NCBI GenBank assembly: GCA_035295845.1
Contig: DATGIF010000027.1
Span: forward strand, 120,424-152,423
DNA: 32,000 bases
Direction of reading: 5' to 3'
Source of the DNA: Xanthobacteraceae bacterium
GTDB taxonomy: Bacteria > Pseudomonadota > Alphaproteobacteria > Rhizobiales > Xanthobacteraceae
This document shows, piece by piece, positions 9,034-16,852 of the stretch. A program made the translations under genes and the position numbers. The first letter of the stretch is position 1. Each line of letters opens with the position of its first letter. The notes beneath the pieces were generated by a model. The model saw nothing but the letters and a program-made list of their open reading frames with translations. It did no database searches and had not been told where the DNA came from.

Positions 9034-9050
9034 ATGTTGCAATGCAACAA
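9034..9050. promoter_or_regulatory. Palindrome ATGTTGCAATGCAACAA (perfect TGTTGCA-A-TGCAACA), 42 nt upstream of the ecm start
   Basis: Read directly: 7-bp arms. It is related to the motifs at 6411, 6529 and 1275. A TTGACG hexamer lies at 9012-9017. Confidence 0.35.
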
Positions 9051-9091
9051 AATCGGCCGCAGAGTGTTGGCAAAGCGCGACTGCAGCACCG

Positions 9092-11113
9092 ATGCGCGAC
9101 CAGGCCCGACCGCAACGCGACAAGCCGTGGATCTTCCGCACCTACGCGGGGCATTCCACCGCGGCGGCGTCGAACGCGCTCTACCGCGGCAATCTGAGCA
9201 AGGGCCAGACCGGGCTGTCGGTTGCCTTCGATCTGCCGACCCAGACCGGCTACGACAGCGATCATCCGCTGGCCAAAGGCGAAGTCGGCAAGGTCGGCGT
9301 GCCGGTCTGCCATCTCGGCGACATGCGGGCGTTGTTCGAGCACATTCCGCTCGGCGGCATGAACACCTCGATGACGATCAACGCCACGGCGGCGTGGCTG
9401 TTGGCACTCTACGTCGCGCTGGCCGACGAGCAGGGCGTGGCGCGCCGCGACTTGGCCGGCACCACCCAGAACGACATCGTCAAGGAATATCTGTCGCGCG
9501 GCACCTATGTGTTTCCGCCGGCGCCGTCGCTGCGACTCACCAAGGACGTGATTCTGTTCACCACCCAGGAGATGCCGAAGTGGAATCCGATCAACGTCTG
9601 CTCCTATCACCTGCAGGAGGCCGGCGCGACGCCGGTGCAGGAGCTGGCGTTTGCGCTCGCCACCGCGATAGCGGTGCTGGACGCGGTGCGGGCGTCGGGT
9701 CAATGCGCTGAAGACGAATTCGGCGATGTGGTCGGGCGCATCTCGTTTTTCGTCAATGCCGGGCTGCGCTTCGTCACCGAGCTGTGCAAGATGCGCGCCT
9801 TTGCCGAGCTGTGGGACGAGATCACCCGCGAGCGCTATGGCGTGCGTGACGCCAAGCAGCGGCTGTTCCGCTACGGCGTGCAGGTCAATTCGCTCGGCCT
9901 GACCGAGCAGCAGCCGGAGAACAACGTCGCCCGCATCGTGCTGGAAATGCTCGCGGTGACCCTGTCAAAAACCGCGCGGGCGCGCGCCGTGCAGCTGCCG
10001 GCCTGGAACGAGGCGCTCGGCCTGCCGCGGCCGTGGGACCAGCAATGGTCGCTGCGGCTGCAGCAAATCCTGGCCTACGAGACCGACCTTCTGGACTATG
10101 GCGATATTTTCGACGGCGCGCCGGTGATCGCCGCCAAAGTCGCCGAACTGAAGGAGGCGGCGCGCGAGGAGCTGAAACAGATTGAAAAAATGGGCGGCAC
10201 AATTGCCGCGGTCGAATCCGGCTATCTCAAACAGCAGCTTGTCGAAGCCAACGCGCGCCGCACCGAGGCGATCGAGCGCGGCGAGCAGATCGTGGTCGGC
10301 GTCAACCGCTTCGTCGAGACCGAACCGTCGTCGCTTAAGCAAGCCGCCGACGCCGTGGTCACCGTGGCGCCACAGGCCGAAGCCGATCAAATCGCGCGAC
10401 TCAACGCTTGGCGCGCCGCGCGCGACAATGCGGCGGTGGCCACCGCGCTGGCAGCATTACGGGCGGCGGCGCGCGGCGGCGCCAACGTCATGCCGGCCTC
10501 GATTGCCTGCGCCAAAGCCGGCGTCACCACCGGCGAGTGGGGTTTCGTCTTACGCGAAGCGTTCGGCGAATATCGCGCGCCGACCGGAATCGGCAGCGCG
10601 ATGCGCAATGACGCCGAAGGTCTCGACGATATCCGCGCCGAAGTCGATCGCGTGTCGAAAAAGCTCGGCCGGCGCCTGAAATTCCTGGTCGGCAAGCCTG
10701 GCCTCGACGGCCATTCCAACGGCGCCGAGCAGATCGCGGCCCGCGCCCGCGATGCCGGCATCGACGTCGTCTACGACGGTATCCGCCTGACCGCGGAGGC
10801 GATCGCCACGGCGGCCGCCGAACAACGCGTGCATGTCGTCGGCCTCTCGATCTTGTCCGGCTCGCACCTGTCCCTGGCGCGCGAGGTGATCGCCCGCCTG
10901 CGGGAAGCGGGCCTCTCCGATGTGCCGGTCGTGGTCGGCGGCATCATTCCGCCACAGGACGCCGACGCGCTCAAGCAAGCCGGTGCAGCGGCGATCTACA
11001 CGCCGAAGGATTTTGAATTGAATCTCATCTTGAGCGAGGTCTGCCGCATCGTCGAACGTAGCGCTAGTTGCGCATCACAGCCGCAATCGCTTCAGCAAGG
11101 GCGCTCGGACTGA
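9092..11113 (+). CDS. ecm: Ethylmalonyl-CoA mutase (fused adenosylcobalamin-dependent acyl-CoA mutase, MeaA type)
   Basis: 673-aa single-chain mutase. The N-terminus KPWIFRTYAGHSTAAASNALYRGNLSKGQTGLSVAFDLPTQTGYD is typical of MeaA/Ecm. The C-terminal B12-binding domain contains GLDGHSNGAEQIA and VVGLSILSGSH. It co-occurs with ccr and an mcd-like gene. Confidence 0.85.
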   Translation: MRDQARPQRDKPWIFRTYAGHSTAAASNALYRGNLSKGQTGLSVAFDLPTQTGYDSDHPLAKGEVGKVGVPVCHLGDMRALFEHIPLGGMNTSMTINATAAWLLALYVALADEQGVARRDLAGTTQNDIVKEYLSRGTYVFPPAPSLRLTKDVILFTTQEMPKWNPINVCSYHLQEAGATPVQELAFALATAIAVLDAVRASGQCAEDEFGDVVGRISFFVNAGLRFVTELCKMRAFAELWDEITRERYGVRDAKQRLFRYGVQVNSLGLTEQQPENNVARIVLEMLAVTLSKTARARAVQLPAWNEALGLPRPWDQQWSLRLQQILAYETDLLDYGDIFDGAPVIAAKVAELKEAAREELKQIEKMGGTIAAVESGYLKQQLVEANARRTEAIERGEQIVVGVNRFVETEPSSLKQAADAVVTVAPQAEADQIARLNAWRAARDNAAVATALAALRAAARGGANVMPASIACAKAGVTTGEWGFVLREAFGEYRAPTGIGSAMRNDAEGLDDIRAEVDRVSKKLGRRLKFLVGKPGLDGHSNGAEQIAARARDAGIDVVYDGIRLTAEAIATAAAEQRVHVVGLSILSGSHLSLAREVIARLREAGLSDVPVVVGGIIPPQDADALKQAGAAAIYTPKDFELNLILSEVCRIVERSASCASQPQSLQQGRSD

Positions 11114-12263
11114 TCGGCTTGCGCAAGTAGGCGTCCATGCCGGCAGCCTGCGCCGCCGCTTCATTGCCCGGCTCGCTGCGCCCGGAAATGCCGATGATGG
11201 GCGTACGGCTTGCGGGTGAGGCGAGCGCGCGAATGCGCCGGGCGGCTTCGAGGCCGTCGAGGCCGGGCAGCATCACGTCCATCAGCACCGCGTCGTAGCC
11301 GCCGCGCGCCGCCGCTGCGACAGCGTCCTCGCCCGAGCCGACGAAATCGGCGCGGTGGCCGAGTTCGGTCAGGATGGTGTTGAGAATGACGCGGCCGTAC
11401 GGATTATCTTCGGCGCACAAAATTTTCAGCCGCCGCGCCGGCGCGGAAAATTGTCCCGGCGTTTTTTGTTGTTCGGCCGCCGGGGCCGCAATGGGCAGCA
11501 CCGCGGTGAAACAAAAGCGTGCCCCGCGGCCGGGCCTGCTGGTCACGGTCAGATCGCCGCCCATGGCGCGCGCCAAATATTTGACGGTGGCGAGGCCGAG
11601 GCCGGCGCCGCCGTAGCGCCGCGCGATGTCGACGCTCGCCTGAACAAACGGCCGGAACAGCCGCTTGATCTCGGCTTGCGTCAGGCCGATGCCGCTGTCG
11701 CTCACCGTCACGGTAAGTTTGACGCGGCCGCGCGGCGCCGGGCTTGCCTTTGCCTCGAGCCGGACGACGCCCTGCGCGGTGAACTTCACCGCGTTGTCGA
11801 TGAGGTTCTCGAGCGCCGCGCGCAGCCGCACCGGATCGCCGAGCAAAAACTCCGGCAGATCGTCGGCAACGTTCACTTTCGCGTCTAAACCCTTGATCTG
11901 CGCGCGCACGGCAAGCGAGTCCGCCACCGCCTCGAACAGCCGCGCCGGTCGAAAAACCTCCTGCTGCAGGATAAGCGCGCCCGCTTCGGCCTTGGCGGCG
12001 TCGACCACCAGCGTGGTTAGCGCCGCCAAATGCTCGGCGCCGGTCTTGATGTCGGCAGCCCACTGGCGCTCACGCTCGCCGATGTCGGAGCTTGCCAGCA
12101 ATTCGCCGAACGCCAGAATGCCGTTGAGCGCGGTGCGGATGTCGTGCGCGAAAGCCGCGAGCGCAATGTCCCGGTTGATTGCAGACGGCCGCCGCTGGCG
12201 CCGGCTGCGCGCCGGCCGCGCGGCATTCCGCTTTTTCGTTTGTTTGGACCTCGCCCGCGCCAC
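11064..12263 (-). CDS. Hybrid sensor histidine kinase / response regulator lacking an input domain
   Basis: GTG start. Domains are an H-box (FAHDIRTALNGILAFGELL), HATPase_c (VSDSGIGL, GGAGLGL) and a C-terminal receiver (KILCAEDNPYGRVIL...VLMDVMLPGLDG...KP). Only about 30 very basic residues precede the H-box. Confidence 0.85.
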   Translation of the reverse strand: MARARSKQTKKRNAARPARSRRQRRPSAINRDIALAAFAHDIRTALNGILAFGELLASSDIGERERQWAADIKTGAEHLAALTTLVVDAAKAEAGALILQQEVFRPARLFEAVADSLAVRAQIKGLDAKVNVADDLPEFLLGDPVRLRAALENLIDNAVKFTAQGVVRLEAKASPAPRGRVKLTVTVSDSGIGLTQAEIKRLFRPFVQASVDIARRYGGAGLGLATVKYLARAMGGDLTVTSRPGRGARFCFTAVLPIAAPAAEQQKTPGQFSAPARRLKILCAEDNPYGRVILNTILTELGHRADFVGSGEDAVAAAARGGYDAVLMDVMLPGLDGLEAARRIRALASPASRTPIIGISGRSEPGNEAAAQAAGMDAYLRKPISPSALAEAIAAVMRN

Positions 12264-12339
12264 GGCGCCCCTCGCCTTGTGTCCTCAAGGCTCAGCCGCA
12301 CCATGGCACGGCTGCGGGTGAAACAAAAACAAAAAGGAA

Positions 12340-13215
12340 TCAGCGTCCCAGCCCCACCATGCGCCTGATATCGGCGGCGCTCAGCCCCGAGGCGCGCAGC
12401 TCGCGCAAGCTTGTCGCCTGCGTGGCTTTGGACAGCTTGCGGCCCTCGCTGTCCAGAATAAGCCGGTGATGATGATAGGTCGGCTCCGGCAGGCCGAGCA
12501 GCGTTTGCAACAGCCGATGCAGGGCGGTGGCCCAGAACAGATCCTGGCCGCGCACCACGTCGGTGACGCCTTGCAGCGCGTCGTCGATCACCACGGAGAG
12601 ATGATAGCTGGTCGGCAATTCCTTGCGCGCCAGCACCACGTCGCCCCAGCGCTGCGGCGTGGCAGTGACGGATCCGCGCTGACCTTGCGGCCCGCTGCCG
12701 GTCTCGCGCCAGGTCAAGACGCCGGTCTGCGTCAGCGCGGCGTCCATGGCGAGGCGGAGCGCGAACGGCTCGCCGGCATGGCGGCGGCGCTCGCGCTCGG
12801 CCGCCGGCATTTTCCGCGCGCGGCCCGGATAGAGCGGCACGCCGTCGGGATCGCGCGGCCAGCGGCCTTGAGCGTCGCGCTCGGCGACCAACGCGGCGAT
12901 CTCGCTGCGGCTCTCGAAACTCGGATAGAGCAGGCCCTGCGCTTCGAGCCTGGCGACGGCGGCCGCATAGTCGGCGAAATGCTCGCTTTGCCGCCGCACC
13001 GGCTCTTCCCAGGCAATGCCGAGCCAACCCAGGTCTTCATGGATGGCCGCCTCGAATTCCGGCCGGCAGCGTTGCGTGTCGATGTCCTCGATGCGCAATA
13101 ACAGCCGCCCGCCGAGATCACGCGCCGTGTCGTAATTGAGCAGCGCCGAGTAGGCATGACCCAGATGCAGGTAGCCGTTCGGGCTGGGCGCAAAACGCAG
13201 GATACGGGTGTACAT
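12340..13215 (-). CDS. gluQ: tRNA glutamyl-Q(34) synthetase (glutamyl-Q tRNA(Asp) synthetase)
   Basis: 291-aa truncated GluRS-like catalytic domain without an anticodon-binding domain. Sequence includes RFAPSPNGYLHLGHAYSALLNY and LLRIEDID. Confidence 0.85.
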   Translation of the reverse strand: MYTRILRFAPSPNGYLHLGHAYSALLNYDTARDLGGRLLLRIEDIDTQRCRPEFEAAIHEDLGWLGIAWEEPVRRQSEHFADYAAAVARLEAQGLLYPSFESRSEIAALVAERDAQGRWPRDPDGVPLYPGRARKMPAAERERRRHAGEPFALRLAMDAALTQTGVLTWRETGSGPQGQRGSVTATPQRWGDVVLARKELPTSYHLSVVIDDALQGVTDVVRGQDLFWATALHRLLQTLLGLPEPTYHHHRLILDSEGRKLSKATQATSLRELRASGLSAADIRRMVGLGR

Positions 13216-13238
13216 TGGCGGGAGGTTTTGCCGACGCT

Positions 13239-14024
13239 ATGACGGTCACCGGCGGCCGTCATTATCGATCAATGCACCAGATGCTCACGCACATTCGCAG
13301 CGAGGCCGATCTCGACGCGGCGCTGGCTGCGCTTGGCGCCGCCGATCCACGCTTGCTGTCGCTTGTGGCGGCAACAGGGCGGCCGCCGCTGCGCCGCCGC
13401 CCGGACGGCTTTGCCGGCCTCGCGGCCACCATCGTGGCGCAGCAGCTATCGACCGCAAGCGCCGGCGCAATATGGACGCGGCTCGCTGCCGCGTTCGATC
13501 CGCTCGCCCCCGAGGCGATCGCGCGCGCGCATCCGGCGCGGCTCAAGAAGGTCGGTCTGTCGGCGCCGAAAATCCGCACGCTCAAGGCTATCGCGCGCGC
13601 CGTCATCGCCGGTGAACTGGCGTTGGCGGGACTGACCGAATTGGCCGCCGAGGAAGCGCACGCGGCGCTCACCGCCATCCACGGCATCGGGCCGTGGACC
13701 GCCGACATTTATCTGTTGTCCTGCCTCGGCCATGCCGATGCCTGGCCGGCGGGAGATTTGGCGTTGCAGGAGGCGGCACGGCTGGCCTTCAACCTCTCGG
13801 CGCGGCCGAGCGCCAAAGAGATGGTGGCGCTCGCGGAAAGCTGGCGGCCGTGGCGCGCAGTGGCGGCACGGGTGCTCTGGACCTATTATCGCGCGCGCAA
13901 GGGGCGTGAAGGCGCCCCTGCCGCCGCCACCCTGCCGTCCGCCGCAACCGCGCGTGCCAAGGCACGCGGACAAGCCAACAAGAAAAAATCGCCCAAACGA
14001 GGTCGCAATGGCCGCTCTGCTTGA
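13239..14024 (+). CDS. alkA: DNA-3-methyladenine glycosylase II (HhH-GPD, AlkA-like) with basic C-terminal tail
   Basis: HhH-GPD motif LTAIHGIGPWTADIYLLSCLGHADAWPAGDLAL. The track start at 13215 is a TTG that abuts the gluQ start codon. ATG 13239 (GGAGG 13 nt upstream) seems more likely, and 13272 or 13281 are also possible. Confidence 0.8.
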   Translation: MTVTGGRHYRSMHQMLTHIRSEADLDAALAALGAADPRLLSLVAATGRPPLRRRPDGFAGLAATIVAQQLSTASAGAIWTRLAAAFDPLAPEAIARAHPARLKKVGLSAPKIRTLKAIARAVIAGELALAGLTELAAEEAHAALTAIHGIGPWTADIYLLSCLGHADAWPAGDLALQEAARLAFNLSARPSAKEMVALAESWRPWRAVAARVLWTYYRARKGREGAPAAATLPSAATARAKARGQANKKKSPKRGRNGRSA

Positions 14025-14679
14025 CGGTCCGCGGCTGGCGCCGCAATCGGATGCCGCCCAGCAACTCATTGTCTTTCTGCACGGCTACGGCGCCGACGGC
14101 AACGATCTGATTGCGATCGGCCGCGAGTGGCAGCACTATTTGCCGCGCGCCGCGTTCGTCTCGCCGCACGCGCCGGAGCCGTGCGGCCAGGCGCCGGTCG
14201 GACGGCAATGGTTTCCGCTGACCTTCCGCGATCCCAATGAGCGCTGGCGCGGCGTCAACAAGGCGGCACCGCAGCTCGAGCAATTCATCGACGCCGAGCT
14301 TGCCCGCCACAAGCTGCCGCCCACGGCGCTGGCGCTGGTCGGCTTCAGCCAGGGCACCATGATGGCGCTCCATGTCGGGCTGCGCCGCGCCACGGCGCCG
14401 GCGGCGATCGTCGGCTATTCGGGAATTCTGGTGACGCCGCCGCAGCAGGCTGATCTCGAAGCGTTTGCATCCTCGATCACATCGCGGCCGCCGGTGCTGC
14501 TGGTGCACGGCGACCGCGACGATCTCATTCCCGTGCAGGCGCTGTTTCAGGCCGCGCAAGGCTTGGCGGCGCTCGAGCTTTGCGTCGAATGGCATTTGTC
14601 GCCCGGCGTCGGCCACGGCATCGATGCCGAAGGTCTGCGTCACGGCGGCGAATTTTTAGCGCGGCGCTTTCGAGTCTGA
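14008..14679 (+). CDS. Phospholipase/carboxylesterase-family alpha/beta hydrolase
   Basis: Start at ATG 14008 (MAALLDGPRL...). It has VFLHGYGADGNDL, the nucleophile elbow GFSQGT, HGDRDDLIP and a GHGI triad context. The upstream part of track ORF 13732..14679 overlaps alkA out of frame and was rejected. Confidence 0.8.
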   Translation: MAALLDGPRLAPQSDAAQQLIVFLHGYGADGNDLIAIGREWQHYLPRAAFVSPHAPEPCGQAPVGRQWFPLTFRDPNERWRGVNKAAPQLEQFIDAELARHKLPPTALALVGFSQGTMMALHVGLRRATAPAAIVGYSGILVTPPQQADLEAFASSITSRPPVLLVHGDRDDLIPVQALFQAAQGLAALELCVEWHLSPGVGHGIDAEGLRHGGEFLARRFRV

Positions 14680-14695
14680 GACAATTTTAGTCTTA

Positions 14696-14740
14696 TGCGC
14701 AGCGCTCGCACCGGGCGCTGCGCAAATCGATTTGTTTTTG
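14696..14740 (+). terminator. Rho-independent terminator after the esterase gene
   Basis: 10-bp stem TGCGCAGCGC / GCGCTGCGCA (14696-14705 / 14715-14724) with a 9-nt loop. TTTGTTTTT follows at 14731-14739. Confidence 0.6.
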
Positions 14741-14966
14741 AACGGTCTGCGTTTAGCTCGATTAACTACCGGTAACTAATTGGCTTGAGCGAACGCGCTA
14801 GACGATTTTCTTTACCACCCGGCAATGCGCTTGGGAGCGAATTGCGATGATCGCCAAGTCTTGGTGAGGGCTATGCTGAATTATCTGTACGGCTCGATCG
14901 CCCTCGATGTTTCGTAACCCTCCTGTGCAAATGTCGGCTCGCCCCCGCAGAGTCCGGAGTCGCTGA

Positions 14967-16322
14967 ATGTGTAAGCCGCGCGCGTTCCCCTGGCGTCGTC
15001 TGGGCGCCGGGCTTTACGGCACTCTCGCCCGCGCCGCGCGCGCCTTCATCGGCAACGAGCGCGGCGCGACGATCGTCGTCGTCGGCCTCACGCTCCCAGC
15101 GATGGTCGGCGCCATGGGACTGGCGGCGGAAATCTCCTACTGGCACCTGCACCACCGCGCCATGCAAAATGCCGCCGATGCCGCCGCCATCGCCGCCGCG
15201 ACCAATGGCGGCGCCAATTACGCGACCGAGGCCAAGGCGGTCGCCGCGCATTACGGCTTTACCGACGGCAGCGCCAATATCACCGTGGCGGCGACCAACC
15301 CGGCCACCGCGCCGGGATGCACGACGAATTGCTATGTCGTCACAGTCACCGACCAGGTCTCGCTGTTCCTGTCGCAGGTCGTCGGCTACACCGGCAGCAC
15401 CAATGTCAACGGCAAGAACGTCACCACCGTCACCGCGACCGCGGTGGCGACGGTCAATCCGGCCTACTCGTATTGCATCGTTGCGCTGGCCGGCAGCGGC
15501 AAGGCCGGCATCACCGCGCACGGCGTGCCGGACGCCAATCTCAACGGCTGCAACGTGATGTCGAATACCAGCGCCGACTGCACCGGCCACGATCTGAACG
15601 CGCATTTTGGCGATGCCAACGGCGACAGCAGCGGCTGCGGTACGACGCAGCATTCCGGCAGGCCCAAGGTAAGCGATCCGTATGCGTCGCTCGCGTCCAA
15701 CATTCCGGCGAACACCTGCAACGGCACCTATCCTCAGGAGCCATCAGGCAAGAACGACCCGCCGCTGCCGGCGAGCAATCAATGGTCCGGCAGCTACGCC
15801 TCCGCCAGCACCACCGTGGTGTGCGGCGACCAGCAATTGACCGGCAACACCACGCTCAACAACACCACGCTCGTGATCGAGAACGGCCAGCTCGACACCA
15901 ACGGCTTTACGCTCAACGGCACCGGATTGACCGTCGTGTTCACCGGAACGAACGGCGGCGGCTATCAGCACATTCCGACCGGCGGCGGCACCCTCAACAT
16001 TACGGCGCCGACCGACGGCGCCTGGAGCGGCGTCGCCATCTATCAGGACCCCGGCCTGAACACCAACGTCGACGTCTCGGCCGCCGGCAACTCGCCGACC
16101 TGGGACATCAGCGGCCTGGTCTACCTGCCGCATTCCAGCGTCACGCTCAGCGGCGCAGTCAACAAATCGACCAACGGTCAGAACTGCTTCAACCTCGTGG
16201 TCGACAACATCACCATCAACGGCACCGGCGACATCTACGCCGGCAACGACCAGCAAGCCTGTAAGAACGCCGGCATCAATACGCCAATTCAGGGCGGCAA
16301 TCGCGGCACGCTGGTGAATTGA
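14967..16322 (+). CDS. TadE/TadG-like N-terminal domain protein (Flp-pilus TadG-related) with an Asn/Thr/Gly-rich, probably beta-helical C-terminal region
   Basis: The N-terminus ERGATIVVVGLTLPAMVGAMGLAAEISYW matches the Tad-like pseudopilin/TadG N-terminal hydrophobic segment. The remainder is rich in N/T/G repeats (NGTGLTVVFTGTNGGG, NITINGTGD). No vWA domain and no tad genes are nearby. Confidence 0.6.
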   Translation: MCKPRAFPWRRLGAGLYGTLARAARAFIGNERGATIVVVGLTLPAMVGAMGLAAEISYWHLHHRAMQNAADAAAIAAATNGGANYATEAKAVAAHYGFTDGSANITVAATNPATAPGCTTNCYVVTVTDQVSLFLSQVVGYTGSTNVNGKNVTTVTATAVATVNPAYSYCIVALAGSGKAGITAHGVPDANLNGCNVMSNTSADCTGHDLNAHFGDANGDSSGCGTTQHSGRPKVSDPYASLASNIPANTCNGTYPQEPSGKNDPPLPASNQWSGSYASASTTVVCGDQQLTGNTTLNNTTLVIENGQLDTNGFTLNGTGLTVVFTGTNGGGYQHIPTGGGTLNITAPTDGAWSGVAIYQDPGLNTNVDVSAAGNSPTWDISGLVYLPHSSVTLSGAVNKSTNGQNCFNLVVDNITINGTGDIYAGNDQQACKNAGINTPIQGGNRGTLVN

Positions 16323-16490
16323 AAAAAACAACCGCCTTATCCGCGCAGGACGGCATTGCAGCCGATGGCCGAACGCTTGCCGCCCCGCGCCTTCGGCTGT
16401 GGCCAGCGGGGTCGGCCTGTTCGGCATCAGCATGACGTACAGCTTCAATGCTTCGAACTGGACCGGCTGCGCGGTCGATCGATGCGGACC

Positions 16491-16516
16491 GGAACCAACG
16501 GCCCGCCCCCTGCGTT
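16491..16516 (+). promoter_or_regulatory. Candidate EcfG-type (general stress) promoter GGAAC-N17-CGTT
   Basis: GGAAC lies at 16491-16495 and CGTT at 16513-16516, giving a 17-nt spacer. It is 32 nt upstream of ATG 16548. Confidence 0.4.
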
Positions 16517-16547
16517 TGCCTGACACATGGACTTAAGGAGATCAGCC

Positions 16548-16796
16548 ATGATCAAGACCATGCTGTTGATCGGCCTGATGTCCGTGCTGGTTGCGGCCAG
16601 CACGACGGCATTTGCCGCCAGCTCGAGCGGTTCCTCAAAATTCGCGCCCGGACAGGAAGCCAAGCGTCACGCGCCCGGCCGCGTCGGCGGCCCTGGCGCC
16701 TCCGGCTACGCTCCGGGCCGGATTTACAACAAGATGGACAAGAAGTCGGTGCCAGGTCATCCCGGTGCATCCGGCTACGCGCCCGGGCATCGCTAA
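16548..16796 (+). CDS. Small secreted protein (82 aa) with duplicated PGASGYAPG motif
   Basis: AAGGAG RBS at 16535-16540 and ATG at 16548. The signal peptide is MIKTMLLIGLMSVLVAASTTAFA. The product is Gly/Pro-rich with two copies of PGASGYAPG, and a terminator follows. Confidence 0.6.
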   Translation: MIKTMLLIGLMSVLVAASTTAFAASSSGSSKFAPGQEAKRHAPGRVGGPGASGYAPGRIYNKMDKKSVPGHPGASGYAPGHR

Positions 16797-16819
16797 CCGA
16801 GTGTTAGTTGCGTGCGTAA

Positions 16820-16852
16820 AGGGGCCGCCGGTCGAGGCGGCCTCTCTGTTTT
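16820..16852 (+). terminator. Rho-independent terminator
   Basis: 10-bp stem AGGGGCCGCC / GGCGGCCTCT (one G-U pair), loop GGTCGA, then CTGTTTT. Confidence 0.65.

Noticed and set aside
8974-9091. Possible cobalamin riboswitch ahead of the B12-dependent ecm
   Set aside because: The leader is only about 118 nt, too short for a cobalamin riboswitch. I could not find a B12-box-like sequence. The region is better explained by a palindromic operator-like site and a GC hairpin.
12264-12339. Hairpin CAGCCG-N10-CGGCTG between gluQ and the histidine kinase as a terminator
   Set aside because: On the transcribed (minus) strand the U-rich run precedes rather than follows the stem, so it does not have intrinsic-terminator geometry.
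16318-16536. Short reading frame after the TadG-like gene (…GLFGISMTYSFNASNWTGCAVDRCGPEP…)
   Set aside because: It has no plausible start codon or RBS apart from an internal ATG giving about 33 aa. It overlaps the candidate promoter of the next gene and is probably non-coding.
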